Source of the DNA: Verrucomicrobiota bacterium
GTDB taxonomy: Bacteria > Verrucomicrobiota > Verrucomicrobiia > Limisphaerales > CANJXF01
Length of the DNA: 48,886 nucleotides
Reading direction: 5' to 3'
NCBI GenBank assembly: GCA_038316905.1
Contig: JBBQAX010000001.1
Span: forward strand, 1-48,886
The position numbers were made by a program, and so were the translations under genes. The notes under the pieces are model-generated. The model worked only from the letters and a program-made list of their open reading frames with translations, was not told where the DNA came from and did no database searches. This document shows, piece by piece, positions 17,933-26,649 of the stretch. The stretch's first letter is position 1. Each line of letters starts with the position of its first letter.

Positions 17933-18076
17933 CTACGAATGGACACGAATCAGCACGAATTAGAAAACAAACCGCGAAATACACGAAATACACGAACGAA
18001 AATACTTTCTGATTTTCGCGTGGTTCGCATGGTTCGCGGTTGCAACCAATTGTGTTCATTCGTGTTTATTCGTGAT
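17933..18076. repeat. ~144-bp imperfect nested palindromic element built from 9-10-nt-phased ACGAA(T) units
   Basis: acgaat at 17935, 17945 and 17955. The mirror arm has attcgt at 18058 and 18068, plus a degenerate copy at ~18048. Inner arms ccgcgaaatacacgaaatacacg (17972-17994) vs cgcgtggttcgcatggttcgcgg (18017-18039) match the reverse complement at ~16 of 23 positions. Confidence 0.7.
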
Positions 18077-18084
18077 TGCCGATT

Positions 18085-18795
18085 ATGAAAGGACTTTTCA
18101 TCACCTTTGAAGGCACTGAAGGCAGCGGCAAATCAACGCAGATTATCACGTTGTTCAATCGCTTGCGGACGCATGGCAAGGTCGTTCGAGTGTTGCGTGA
18201 ACCGGGCGGAACGCCCATAGGCGAAGAAATCCGTCATACCCTCAAACACAGCGAAGCCAACCACGCGATGACCAGTGAAGCGGAGCTGTTGCTCATGAAC
18301 CCCAGCCGCGCGCAAATCGTACGTGAAGTCATTCGCCCCGCGCTGCTCGCTGGAGAAATTATTTTGTGCGACCGCTTCTATGATTCCACCACCGCTTATC
18401 AAGGTTATGGACGCGGACTCGATTTACAGAAAGTTTCGGAGATAGTTGATTTTGCCGTTGGAGAAACAAAACCCGATTTGACCCTCCTTCTCCATGTTCC
18501 AATTGAAGTCAGCGAAGCGCGCCGTCAATCACGACAGGCCGTGTTGTTGGAAGTTCCGCAGAAAGAAGATCGTAAGCAGCCTCTGCCGTTGCCCTTCAAC
18601 GGCCAGGTGCGTGACCGCATGGAGGAAGCCGATCGAGGTTTTTTCGAGCGCGTGGAGAAAGGTTATCAAGCCATCGCCACCGCCGATCCCGAACGGATCA
18701 AGCAAATCGACGCCACTCAATCCAAGGAATGGATCAGCGAAGAAGTTTGGAAGCGCGTGGAGCCATTGCTCAAAAAAGCCCAAGCCAGCCGTTGA
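18085..18795 (+). CDS. tmk: dTMP (thymidylate) kinase
   Basis: P-loop 'FITFEGTEGSGKSTQ', 'DRFYDSTTAYQG', 'DRMEEADRGFFERVEKGY'. Start at ATG 18085. Confidence 0.9.
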   Translation: MKGLFITFEGTEGSGKSTQIITLFNRLRTHGKVVRVLREPGGTPIGEEIRHTLKHSEANHAMTSEAELLLMNPSRAQIVREVIRPALLAGEIILCDRFYDSTTAYQGYGRGLDLQKVSEIVDFAVGETKPDLTLLLHVPIEVSEARRQSRQAVLLEVPQKEDRKQPLPLPFNGQVRDRMEEADRGFFERVEKGYQAIATADPERIKQIDATQSKEWISEEVWKRVEPLLKKAQASR

Positions 18796-18844
18796 CAAAA
18801 GCGCGTATTCCGATACCGTTTGCCGCTCTGAATTAAAAGAATTT

Positions 18845-19108
18845 ATGCCGAATACAAAATCTGCCGGACGTCGCATGCGCAACAGCGCGCGGAAACAATT
18901 GCAAAACAAAAGCGTCAAGTCGCGCCTAGGGACGTTGCAAAAGAAATATACGGATTTCGTGACCGCAGGTAAGAAAACGGAAGCGACCGCCGCTTACAAA
19001 GATTTGACCTCGGCCTTGGATAAGGCTGCGAAGACCGGCACGGTTCATCGTTCAACGGCGAGCCGCAAGAAATCCCGTCTCGCTCTGCGCCTGAACAAGG
19101 TGAAATAA
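18845..19108 (+). CDS. rpsT: 30S ribosomal protein S20
   Basis: 'MPNTKSAGRRMRNSARKQLQNKSVKSRLGT...KTGTVHRSTASRKKSRLALRLNK' is 87 aa, basic, with the typical S20 pattern. The 204-aa ORF in the track is an out-of-context upstream extension. Confidence 0.9.
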   Translation: MPNTKSAGRRMRNSARKQLQNKSVKSRLGTLQKKYTDFVTAGKKTEATAAYKDLTSALDKAAKTGTVHRSTASRKKSRLALRLNKVK

Positions 19109-19128
19109 TTTCTGACGTTTCAATAATC

Positions 19129-19157
19129 AAGCACTCCAATCTGGAGTGCTTTTTTAT
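19129..19157 (+). terminator. rho-independent terminator of rpsT
   Basis: Stem gcactcca(19131-19138)/tggagtgc(19142-19149) with a 3-nt loop, followed by TTTTTTATTT. Confidence 0.8.
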
Positions 19158-19246
19158 TTCATCGGTTGTTCCGCTGTGTCGACTTTTCCCTTAACTTATT
19201 GTGCAATTGGTCCGGTAATTATTTTGCCATTTAGCGACGCGCAAGG

Positions 19247-19810
19247 TCATCTTCGAAATGAAATTGCCGAGATCACCATCAAAAAGGTTGCATTCGTTTC
19301 CAACAGTTCTTCCGCCATGTAAGAATGGTCTGCCATCGGAAAGGGTTTGCTTTTATCAACAAGAAACCCAAGGGCCCAAAAAATCCCTGCGATCATCATT
19401 ACCTTCCCGGATCGGGTTGCTATCCACTGAAGAAAAACATTCCACGTTGATTTCGCGTGGCGGGCAAATGCCAGAAGAATGCACAACCAGCTGAGAGCGA
19501 GCACGCTGTTACGGAAAATTCCTTTAAACAAGAATGTCAGCCACCAAACGTCGAACGGACGCACATCGAACTCCAAAAAAAAGAAATTGAAGTGCAAAAG
19601 GATAATGGCCCAAACGAGAATTCGAGATCCAGAATTCGCGATACGATTCAAAGAGATTCCCCATAAGATTGCAGCGGAGAGCAGGCAGGCGACCTGAAAA
19701 TTTTCCATCGGCCCGTGTTCGCGAAAGATAGTAGGCTGGAACCGTAGCAGTAAGAGCCAGAGAAAACTTTGGACCGCGGCACCGGCGAACAAAAGCAAAC
19801 TGAAGATCAC
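19247..19810 (-). CDS. hypothetical integral membrane protein (187 aa)
   Basis: About five hydrophobic helices. GTG start, low GC, no family motif recognised. Confidence 0.45.
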   Translation of the reverse strand: MIFSLLLFAGAAVQSFLWLLLLRFQPTIFREHGPMENFQVACLLSAAILWGISLNRIANSGSRILVWAIILLHFNFFFLEFDVRPFDVWWLTFLFKGIFRNSVLALSWLCILLAFARHAKSTWNVFLQWIATRSGKVMMIAGIFWALGFLVDKSKPFPMADHSYMAEELLETNATFLMVISAISFRR

Positions 19811-20348
19811 TGGGGTTGGTCTTGAAAATTCAGCCTTACGAGACCGCTGGTTCGCTTGATTGGGGCGTTCTTTGTTCAGGCGAGAGGAGAATGATTATGT
19901 CGCCGAAATTTCGCAAGCTCCTGTTTGCTTCTAATCCGAACAAACACTGAAGTGAGAAAATCAGCGCTGCTCTTTAACTAGCTTGCCGCGATGCTGCTTT
20001 AAATAACTTTGCAACTCGACAATCGACTCCACCTGAGTCGTAACTCTCTTTTGATCGAGGGTTTTGCAGTGTTTGAAGTGCGTTAAATGCTTGCCGACGC
20101 CAACAATGATAATTTGTGATCCCGCCAGTTGCCAGAGTTGATCTTTTTCTAAAATGTAGATGTTTTTCGTAATGTGCTAATCTACCAGAACTCTGAGTAT
20201 TTTCAACCGGCCGAGTGAGCTTTTTAGCACTTGAGAACTATGGAATGCGGCCCATTAGAAGTCCGGGTGAGGATACCCTTTTTAGACAGGGTCAGCGCAA
20301 AAAATCATTGTCCCGTTTTGCCGGCGCCACTAGCTTTTGACCACATTT

Positions 20349-22571
20349 ATGTCCGACAAAATTTTCAAATACGTGGCTAATCTATGGAACGATGCCGAAA
20401 CATCGAAGCTTGATGCAGCAGAGCGTCTTGTTTATCGCTCCAATAAACTCGGAAGCGACCAGCGCATCACGAATACGGGCGGCGGAAATACCTCCGCGAA
20501 ACTCGATGAAACCGATCCGCTGACCGGTGAAAAAGTGGAAGTGCTTTGGGTGAAAGGCTCTGGGGGCGATCTTCGGACTTCCAACAAAGAAAACTTCGCC
20601 TCGCTCTATCAAAGCAAGTTGATGTCGCTGCAAAAAGTATATGGAGCCGCAAGCGAGAAAGGGCCGAAAACGCCCGCCGAAGACAACATGGTAGCGATGT
20701 ATAATCACACCACGTTCAATCTGAATCCGCGCGCGTCGTCCATCGACACGCCCTTGCATTCATTTATTCCGTTCAAGCACGTCGATCACACGCATCCGAA
20801 CGCGGCGATTTCCGTCGCCGCTTCGGAAAATTCGGTGAGGCTCACAAAAGAAATTTACGGCGACGAAGTGATTCATACGCCGTGGCTGCGTCCGGGTTTT
20901 GAACTCGGACTCGCGATGCAAAAAATTTGCCAGGAAAACCCGAACGCGAAGGGAATCATGATGGGCCAGCACGGCCTCATCAATTGGGACAATGACGATA
21001 AGAAATGTTATTTTCTTTCGCTCGAACTGATTGATCGCGCAGCGCAATTCATCGAAACGCAATACGCCAAAAAAGGCGGCGATGCGAAAGCGTTCGGCGG
21101 GGCGCTTCATGAATCCTTGCCCGAAGCGACGCGCAGAAAAGTTTTCTCAAAACTTTTGCCGTGGTTGCGCGGACAGGTCAGCCAGCAGAAACGTTTCATC
21201 GGCACGATTCAAGATGACGAGAAGATTTTGCGCTTCGTAAATTCCAAGGATGCGGAGCGTTTGGCGGAGTTGGGGACGAGTTGTCCAGATCATTTTCTGC
21301 GAACGAAAATCAAACCTCTTTATGTCGCGCTGGAAAAAACTGCGCCCAAGACCGATGCAGAAATTGAAACGTTCGTATCTTCACTGAAAACCAAACTCAG
21401 CGATGGCTTGAAAAAATATCGCGCCGACTATGCGACGTATTACAACAAGTGCAAACGCCCTGATTCTCCGGCTATGCGCGATCCGAATCCCACAGTGATT
21501 TTGATTCCCGGCCTTGGCATGGTCGCGTGGGGCAAAGATAAAAGTGAATCGCGCGTCACTGCGGAATTTTACAATTGCGCGGTGGAGGTAATGCGCGGTG
21601 CCGAGGCGATTGATAAATATATTTCGCTACCGCAACAGGAAGCGTTTGACATCGAATATTGGCTCTTGGAAGAAGCGAAGTTGCAACGCATGCCAGCCGA
21701 AAAAGAATTGGCGCGGCAGGTTATCGTGGTGGTGGGCGCAGGATCTGGCATCGGAAAAGAAGTTGCGCATCGGCTTGTAAAAGAAGGCGCTCACATTGTT
21801 TGCGTGGATCTAAATGCGGACGCTGCCAAAGCCACGGCCAAAGAGATCACTGACAAATACGGTTTGGGAATCGGGGTAGCTGGAACGGGAATTTCAAACA
21901 GCGGCCCAGCCATAGGAATCTCCGCGAACATTACAGATCGAGCGAGCGTTCGCGCGATGTTGGATGAAGTTGCGCTCGCTTACGGCGGGTTCGATTCCAT
22001 AGCGGTGACGGCTGGGATTTTTGTGGCACCGGACACGACCGGACATATTCCTGACGAGAAATGGGCGCTGACATTCGCGATTAATGTCACGGGCGGTTAT
22101 ATCGTGGCGGATGAAGCTGCGAAGACATGGAAAGAGCAGGGGCTGAGCGGCAGTCTCGTTCTCACGACGAGCGCCAATGCTGCTGTGGCTAAAAAAGGCT
22201 CGGTCGCTTACGACACGTCCAAAGCCGCAGCGAATCATTTGGTGCGCGAATTGGCCATGGAACTTTCTCCTCTTGTTCGGGTAAATGGAGTTGCTCCCGC
22301 TACCGTTGTGCAAGGAAGCGCGATGTTCCCGCGCGACCGCGTGATTGCGAGTCTTGCGAAATACAACATTCCCTACACCGCAGACGAAGCGACTGATTCT
22401 CTGACAACGAAGCTGGCGAAATTCTACGCCGATCGCACGTTGACGAAATCTCCCATTACACCTGCGGATCAGGCCGAGGCGTTTTTCCTTTTGCTCACGA
22501 AACGATTGAGCAAAACGACGGGACAAATCATCACCGTGGACGGCGGATTGCACGAAGCATTCTTACGATGA
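20349..22571 (+). CDS. bifunctional class II aldolase (rhamnulose-1-phosphate aldolase-like) / short-chain dehydrogenase
   Basis: N-terminal aldolase/adducin-like region with 'HVDHTHPNA'. C-terminal SDR with 'VVVGAGSGIGKEVA' (Rossmann) and 'YDTSKAAANHL' (YxxxK). Start at ATG 20349 (MSDKIFKYVANLWND). Confidence 0.85.
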   Translation: MSDKIFKYVANLWNDAETSKLDAAERLVYRSNKLGSDQRITNTGGGNTSAKLDETDPLTGEKVEVLWVKGSGGDLRTSNKENFASLYQSKLMSLQKVYGAASEKGPKTPAEDNMVAMYNHTTFNLNPRASSIDTPLHSFIPFKHVDHTHPNAAISVAASENSVRLTKEIYGDEVIHTPWLRPGFELGLAMQKICQENPNAKGIMMGQHGLINWDNDDKKCYFLSLELIDRAAQFIETQYAKKGGDAKAFGGALHESLPEATRRKVFSKLLPWLRGQVSQQKRFIGTIQDDEKILRFVNSKDAERLAELGTSCPDHFLRTKIKPLYVALEKTAPKTDAEIETFVSSLKTKLSDGLKKYRADYATYYNKCKRPDSPAMRDPNPTVILIPGLGMVAWGKDKSESRVTAEFYNCAVEVMRGAEAIDKYISLPQQEAFDIEYWLLEEAKLQRMPAEKELARQVIVVVGAGSGIGKEVAHRLVKEGAHIVCVDLNADAAKATAKEITDKYGLGIGVAGTGISNSGPAIGISANITDRASVRAMLDEVALAYGGFDSIAVTAGIFVAPDTTGHIPDEKWALTFAINVTGGYIVADEAAKTWKEQGLSGSLVLTTSANAAVAKKGSVAYDTSKAAANHLVRELAMELSPLVRVNGVAPATVVQGSAMFPRDRVIASLAKYNIPYTADEATDSLTTKLAKFYADRTLTKSPITPADQAEAFFLLLTKRLSKTTGQIITVDGGLHEAFLR

Positions 22572-22608
22572 TTCAAAGAAAGCGTTCTCCAAATTTGCTT
22601 CTCGAAGC

Positions 22609-23601
22609 ATGGCAAGTCGCCTTCACATGAGATTTGCTTTCCTGCTACTTTTGCTGGCGGGAAGCTTTTGTGCGCTAGCTCGAGACTCTGTGGCGTCATT
22701 GCCACGTACTCAATTATACGGACGAGAATACGTGCGTATTACCGATTGGGCGCGGGAACAAAAAGTAGATCTTCATTGGATCACAAGGGACCGGGAGTTG
22801 CGCGCCACCAACGCGACCTCCAAATTGTATTTCACGATGGATTCACGCTTTGCGACCTTCAACGGAATCAAATTTGTTCTAAGTTGCCCGGTCATTTTCC
22901 AGAAGGAAAAAGTTTACGTTTCAGTCGTGGATTTGCAGGCAACATTGCACCCTATTTTGTATCCAGAGAAAATGCAGGCGGGCACGTTCATCAAGACGAT
23001 TTGTTTAGATGCGGGTCATGGCGGGAAGGATCCAGGAAAGCTTGACGGGAAAAATCACGAGAAGCGTTTCACCTTGTTGCTGGCGGAGGAAGTTGAGCGG
23101 GGGTTGAAAGATGCGGGCTTCGCAGTGGTGCAGACTCGGACCCGTGACTTATGGCTCGATTTGCCGGATCGAGCAAAGATTGCGAATCAGGATTCTGCGG
23201 ATTTGTTCGTTAGCCTGCACTACAACGCAGCCGGAAACGTGAACGCGCGCGGCACGGAAGTTTACTGCCTGACGCCAGCAGGAACCACCTCCAGCAACGC
23301 AGATCGAGGACACTCCGCCGCGCCAATTTTTCCCGGCAGCCCTCAGAGCGGAAAGAGCGTTTTGCTTGCTTACCAGATGCAAAAATCTTTGGTGAAGAAT
23401 CTGAATGTGGAAGATCGTGGAGTAAAACGCGCTCAGTTCCTGGTGCTGGCCGAAGCCACAATGCCCGCGATTTTGATCGAAGCTGGTTTTATGACGAATC
23501 CAGCTGAAGCAAATCGAATTTACGATTCCGCTTACCGAAAAAAAATGGCGCGTGCCGTTGTTGATGGAATTGTAACTTACAAGAAAGTGGTGGAACAATA
23601 G
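22609..23601 (+). CDS. N-acetylmuramoyl-L-alanine amidase (Amidase_3), secreted
   Basis: Signal peptide, then 'ICLDAGHGGKDPG', 'ADLFVSLHYNA', 'GTEVYCL', 'PAILIEAGFMTNPAE'. Confidence 0.9.
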   Translation: MASRLHMRFAFLLLLLAGSFCALARDSVASLPRTQLYGREYVRITDWAREQKVDLHWITRDRELRATNATSKLYFTMDSRFATFNGIKFVLSCPVIFQKEKVYVSVVDLQATLHPILYPEKMQAGTFIKTICLDAGHGGKDPGKLDGKNHEKRFTLLLAEEVERGLKDAGFAVVQTRTRDLWLDLPDRAKIANQDSADLFVSLHYNAAGNVNARGTEVYCLTPAGTTSSNADRGHSAAPIFPGSPQSGKSVLLAYQMQKSLVKNLNVEDRGVKRAQFLVLAEATMPAILIEAGFMTNPAEANRIYDSAYRKKMARAVVDGIVTYKKVVEQ

Positions 23602-23607
23602 ATCATC

Positions 23608-24162
23608 ATGAGCATCGCTACGAAAACAGGAGATTCGGGTTCTACGGGATTGATGTACAATCGTCGCGTTTCAAAATGTCACCCACGTGTTGAGGCTTAT
23701 GGCGCAGTGGATGAATTGAACACCGCAATTGGGATGGCACGCGCCACAGCACAAGATCGCTTCGTAAGCGAAAACTTATTGCTCATCCAAAAAGATTTGG
23801 TGGTGCTGATGGGTGAACTTGCAACGCAGGTAGAGGATTTACCACGCTACGTGAAGGATGGATTTTCCACAGTTTCTTCCACTCTGACAGGAAGGCTCGA
23901 CAAACTTGTAACAGAGATAGAAGCGCAAAAAGTCTCGTTCAAAGGATGGGCAACACCGGGCGCAAATTTGAATTCTGCCGCTCTAGACGTTGCGCGAACC
24001 ACCTGCCGTCGTGCTGAACGCCGCGTTTGCGCCCTACAGGAATCGAATCAATTGCAGAATACGGAAGTTATCATTTATCTGAATCGCCTCTCCGACACTC
24101 TGTGGCTTTTGGCGCGTTGGGTGGAAACGAAAATCACCGGTGGGCAGCCCGAGACTGCTTAG
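23608..24162 (+). CDS. PduO-type ATP:cob(I)alamin adenosyltransferase
   Basis: 'TKTGDSGSTGLMYNRRVSKCHPRVEAYGAVDELNTAIG' and 'IYLNRLSDTLWLLAR'. Confidence 0.85.
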   Translation: MSIATKTGDSGSTGLMYNRRVSKCHPRVEAYGAVDELNTAIGMARATAQDRFVSENLLLIQKDLVVLMGELATQVEDLPRYVKDGFSTVSSTLTGRLDKLVTEIEAQKVSFKGWATPGANLNSAALDVARTTCRRAERRVCALQESNQLQNTEVIIYLNRLSDTLWLLARWVETKITGGQPETA

Positions 24163-24225
24163 GTATAGGGTTCCAAAGTTTGCTCTCCGATTCTCCACAA
24201 GTTTGCGTCATACGAAATGGATGAT

Positions 24226-25314
24226 TCAAACCATGAGCATTGCATCGCCGTAGCTGAAAAACCGGTAACGCTCTTCAATCGCTTTTTTATAGGCAGACAA
24301 AATGAGGTCGCGTCCGCGAAGTTCGCCAGGTGACGCCAGCGCACTCACGAGCATCAACAGGGTCGAGCAGGGGAGATGAAAATTCGTAACGAGGGCATCG
24401 ACAATTTGAAATTCTCTCGGCGGAAAAATGAAAATGTTCGTGGTGTCATTCATTGCGACCAGCGTCCCTGAATTTTTCTGCGCCACACTTTCTAGTACGC
24501 GTACGGTCGTTGTGCCGATTGCGATGACACGGCGTTTCTCGGCTTTAGCACGGTTGATCGCTCGCGCCGTTTCTTCGCCGATTTGAAAACGTTCCTCGTG
24601 CATCACGTGCTCAGAAATTGATTCCGCTTTCACTGGAGCAAAAGTTCCGAGGCCCACATGCAGCGTGACGTAATGAACTTCCACCCCGCGTGATTTTATT
24701 TTTTCCAGCAAATCTTTTGTGAAGTGAAGTCCTGCGGTTGGTGCAGCCACAGACCCGGCATTCTGGGCGTAAACTGTTTGATAACGTTCGCGATCTTCAT
24801 CGCGCAACTGAAGCCGTTCGATGTAGGGCGGCAACGGAATTTCTCCGAGCGAATTCAGGTCGTCGAAAATATTTTTTGTTCCGGTGAAACGAAGGCGGCG
24901 CTGTCCTTCCTCGTTGATTTCTTCCACAACCGCAGAAACTCCACACGCCGTTCCCGCGGGTTTTAGAAGGTCGATATGCGTTCCGATCTGTGCGCGCTTG
25001 CCGGGACGCGCCATCGCCCACCAATCGTTGGTTTGATTTTCGGTCAGCAAAAGCAGTTCGAATTTTCCACCGCTTTTCGCATTCGTTCCGCGGAGCCGTG
25101 CGGGAATGACCCGCGAATTGTTCAAGACCATCACATCGCCCGGCACGAGGTATTCGAGCAAATCTGGAAATGTTCGGTGGGAGATCATTTCGGTGGAGCG
25201 ATTCACCACGAGTAAACGCGATTCATCCCGCTGATTGGCCGGAGTTTGGGCAATGAGTTCGGGTGGCAGTTGATAATCGAATTCCGCAGTTCGCATTCGG
25301 CGGAACTTAGCCAC
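24226..25314 (-). CDS. queA: tRNA preQ1(34) S-adenosylmethionine ribosyltransferase-isomerase
   Basis: 'FDYQLPPELIAQTPANQRDESRLLV', 'GDVMVLNNSRVIPARL', 'GSVAAPTAGLHFT', 'VTLHVGLGTFAPV'. Confidence 0.95.
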   Translation of the reverse strand: MAKFRRMRTAEFDYQLPPELIAQTPANQRDESRLLVVNRSTEMISHRTFPDLLEYLVPGDVMVLNNSRVIPARLRGTNAKSGGKFELLLLTENQTNDWWAMARPGKRAQIGTHIDLLKPAGTACGVSAVVEEINEEGQRRLRFTGTKNIFDDLNSLGEIPLPPYIERLQLRDEDRERYQTVYAQNAGSVAAPTAGLHFTKDLLEKIKSRGVEVHYVTLHVGLGTFAPVKAESISEHVMHEERFQIGEETARAINRAKAEKRRVIAIGTTTVRVLESVAQKNSGTLVAMNDTTNIFIFPPREFQIVDALVTNFHLPCSTLLMLVSALASPGELRGRDLILSAYKKAIEERYRFFSYGDAMLMV

Positions 25315-25447
25315 TCACTGCCTTAATTTCAAAACGATTTCGTTAAAGTTCGCGTTCTTCACACCTCCAGTCAGCAATTTGTGAATAACTTTCGAATAAG
25401 GTTGGACGGGAAAGTTCTTGACCCTTTTGGAGCACAATGTCATCAAG

Positions 25448-25473
25448 GTGGGGCGCAATGGGTGAGTATGGGT
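25448..25473 (+). promoter_or_regulatory. putative MraZ operator: three TGGG repeats with exact 10-nt periodicity
   Basis: GTGGGG (25448-25453), ATGGGT (25458-25463), ATGGGT (25468-25473), lying 11-26 nt upstream of the mraZ start candidates. A possible -35 TTGACC at 25418-25423 has only a poor -10 (CATCAA, 25441-25446). Confidence 0.55.
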
Positions 25474-25483
25474 TAGGCACCCT

Positions 25484-25966
25484 GTGAATAAGTTTAAGAT
25501 GGGTCAAGAGCTAACAAACGAACCGACGACATATTACAACTCCTCCTATCAGCATGGGGTTGATGAGAAACGTCGCGTGCAGATCCCTGCTAAATGGCGT
25601 CCCGCTGCTCCCGATCTGGAATTCACGTTGATCGTTTGGCCGAAAGCCAAAGAGGGGCTGTGCTTGCGTGCTTTACCGCCAATAGAAATGGCGGAGCTGA
25701 TGCGCGATATCGATGCGATGCCAAACAGCGACCCCAACAAGGTCGTGCTGAAACGATTTATCGGAACGGAATCAATTCAGGTCGCGCTTGATAAAGCAGG
25801 CCGAATTTGTCTGCCGGAAGAAATGGCGACAAGAGCTGGAATCAAAGATCAGGCGATGCTTGTCGGCTTGCTGGATCGATTTGAAATTTGGAACCCGGAA
25901 CGTTTTGCAGCGGTAAAAGCGTCGGACGCAGTCATGGCACACGAAGCATTCAAATTGATGGAATAA
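25484..25966 (+). CDS. mraZ: division/cell wall cluster transcriptional regulator MraZ
   Basis: Two SpoVT/AbrB-like halves with DxxxR motifs: 'GVDEKRRVQIPAKWR' and 'ALDKAGRICLPEEM'. GTG 25484 or ATG 25499 could be the start. Confidence 0.9.
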   Translation: MNKFKMGQELTNEPTTYYNSSYQHGVDEKRRVQIPAKWRPAAPDLEFTLIVWPKAKEGLCLRALPPIEMAELMRDIDAMPNSDPNKVVLKRFIGTESIQVALDKAGRICLPEEMATRAGIKDQAMLVGLLDRFEIWNPERFAAVKASDAVMAHEAFKLME

Positions 25967-25968
25967 AT

Positions 25969-26631
25969 ATGAACCTGGTGAAATTACTTACCCTTGGTCG
26001 CAGCTTGAATGGCAACAAAACCATCTTCGGCAAATACAAAATGATGCCGCAAGCTTTGCCTAAATTTGCTTCTACCGTCCGTCCATCAAGGACTGCGCCC
26101 GCCGTGGAATCTCTTTTAGCGAAAGCAAAAATGATTGAGCCCCAAATGCAGGCCGAAGTGCAGCCGGTGGCAATGTTTATTTCGGTCCTTGATAAAACCC
26201 AGAAGATCCCGGCTGACAAAATTTTAAAGCGGATGGAATTACCTGTTTTGAAAAAAGATGAGCCTACTTTGTTGGTAGGCCTTCAAAATAAAATTTCGGG
26301 TTGGAAGAAAAAATTGGCTCCTGTTCGTTCCAGAAAAAAATCCGGTGCTGCCCCCATGCAAACGGAATGGCCGCTGGGACAGTTCACGGTAGCTCGCAAC
26401 GATTTGAGTGATGCTGATCTCGAGGTGGTCGCAGGGAAACAAACGGTTCAAAAGCCGAAATCACATTTCTCTAATTTGAGTCAGGCGAAAAAATCCGGCA
26501 GCCAATGGATCAAGAAGACGAGTCAACTGTTCAGGTCAACGTCTCCGTTTGAGCAAACCTCAGAGGAAAAGCCGCTTGAAAAGTTACGAACTGAAAAAGC
26601 GAATCATGCTGATCTGGCCGGGAAAATTTAA
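25969..26631 (+). CDS. hypothetical Lys-rich protein (220 aa) wedged between mraZ and rsmH
   Basis: ATG 25969 lies 2 nt after the mraZ TAA. There is a 663-nt open frame with no TM segment and no motif recognised. It looks AT-richer than the flanking genes. Confidence 0.55.
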   Translation: MNLVKLLTLGRSLNGNKTIFGKYKMMPQALPKFASTVRPSRTAPAVESLLAKAKMIEPQMQAEVQPVAMFISVLDKTQKIPADKILKRMELPVLKKDEPTLLVGLQNKISGWKKKLAPVRSRKKSGAAPMQTEWPLGQFTVARNDLSDADLEVVAGKQTVQKPKSHFSNLSQAKKSGSQWIKKTSQLFRSTSPFEQTSEEKPLEKLRTEKANHADLAGKI

Positions 26632-26649
26632 AAAGGAAAGCCATGCTAC

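Noticed and set aside
18494-18844. N-terminal 117 codons of the 204-aa ORF 18494-19108.
   Set aside because: This part overlaps tmk in another frame and has no motif. The recognisable S20 sequence starts at ATG 18845, so only 18845-19108 is called as rpsT.
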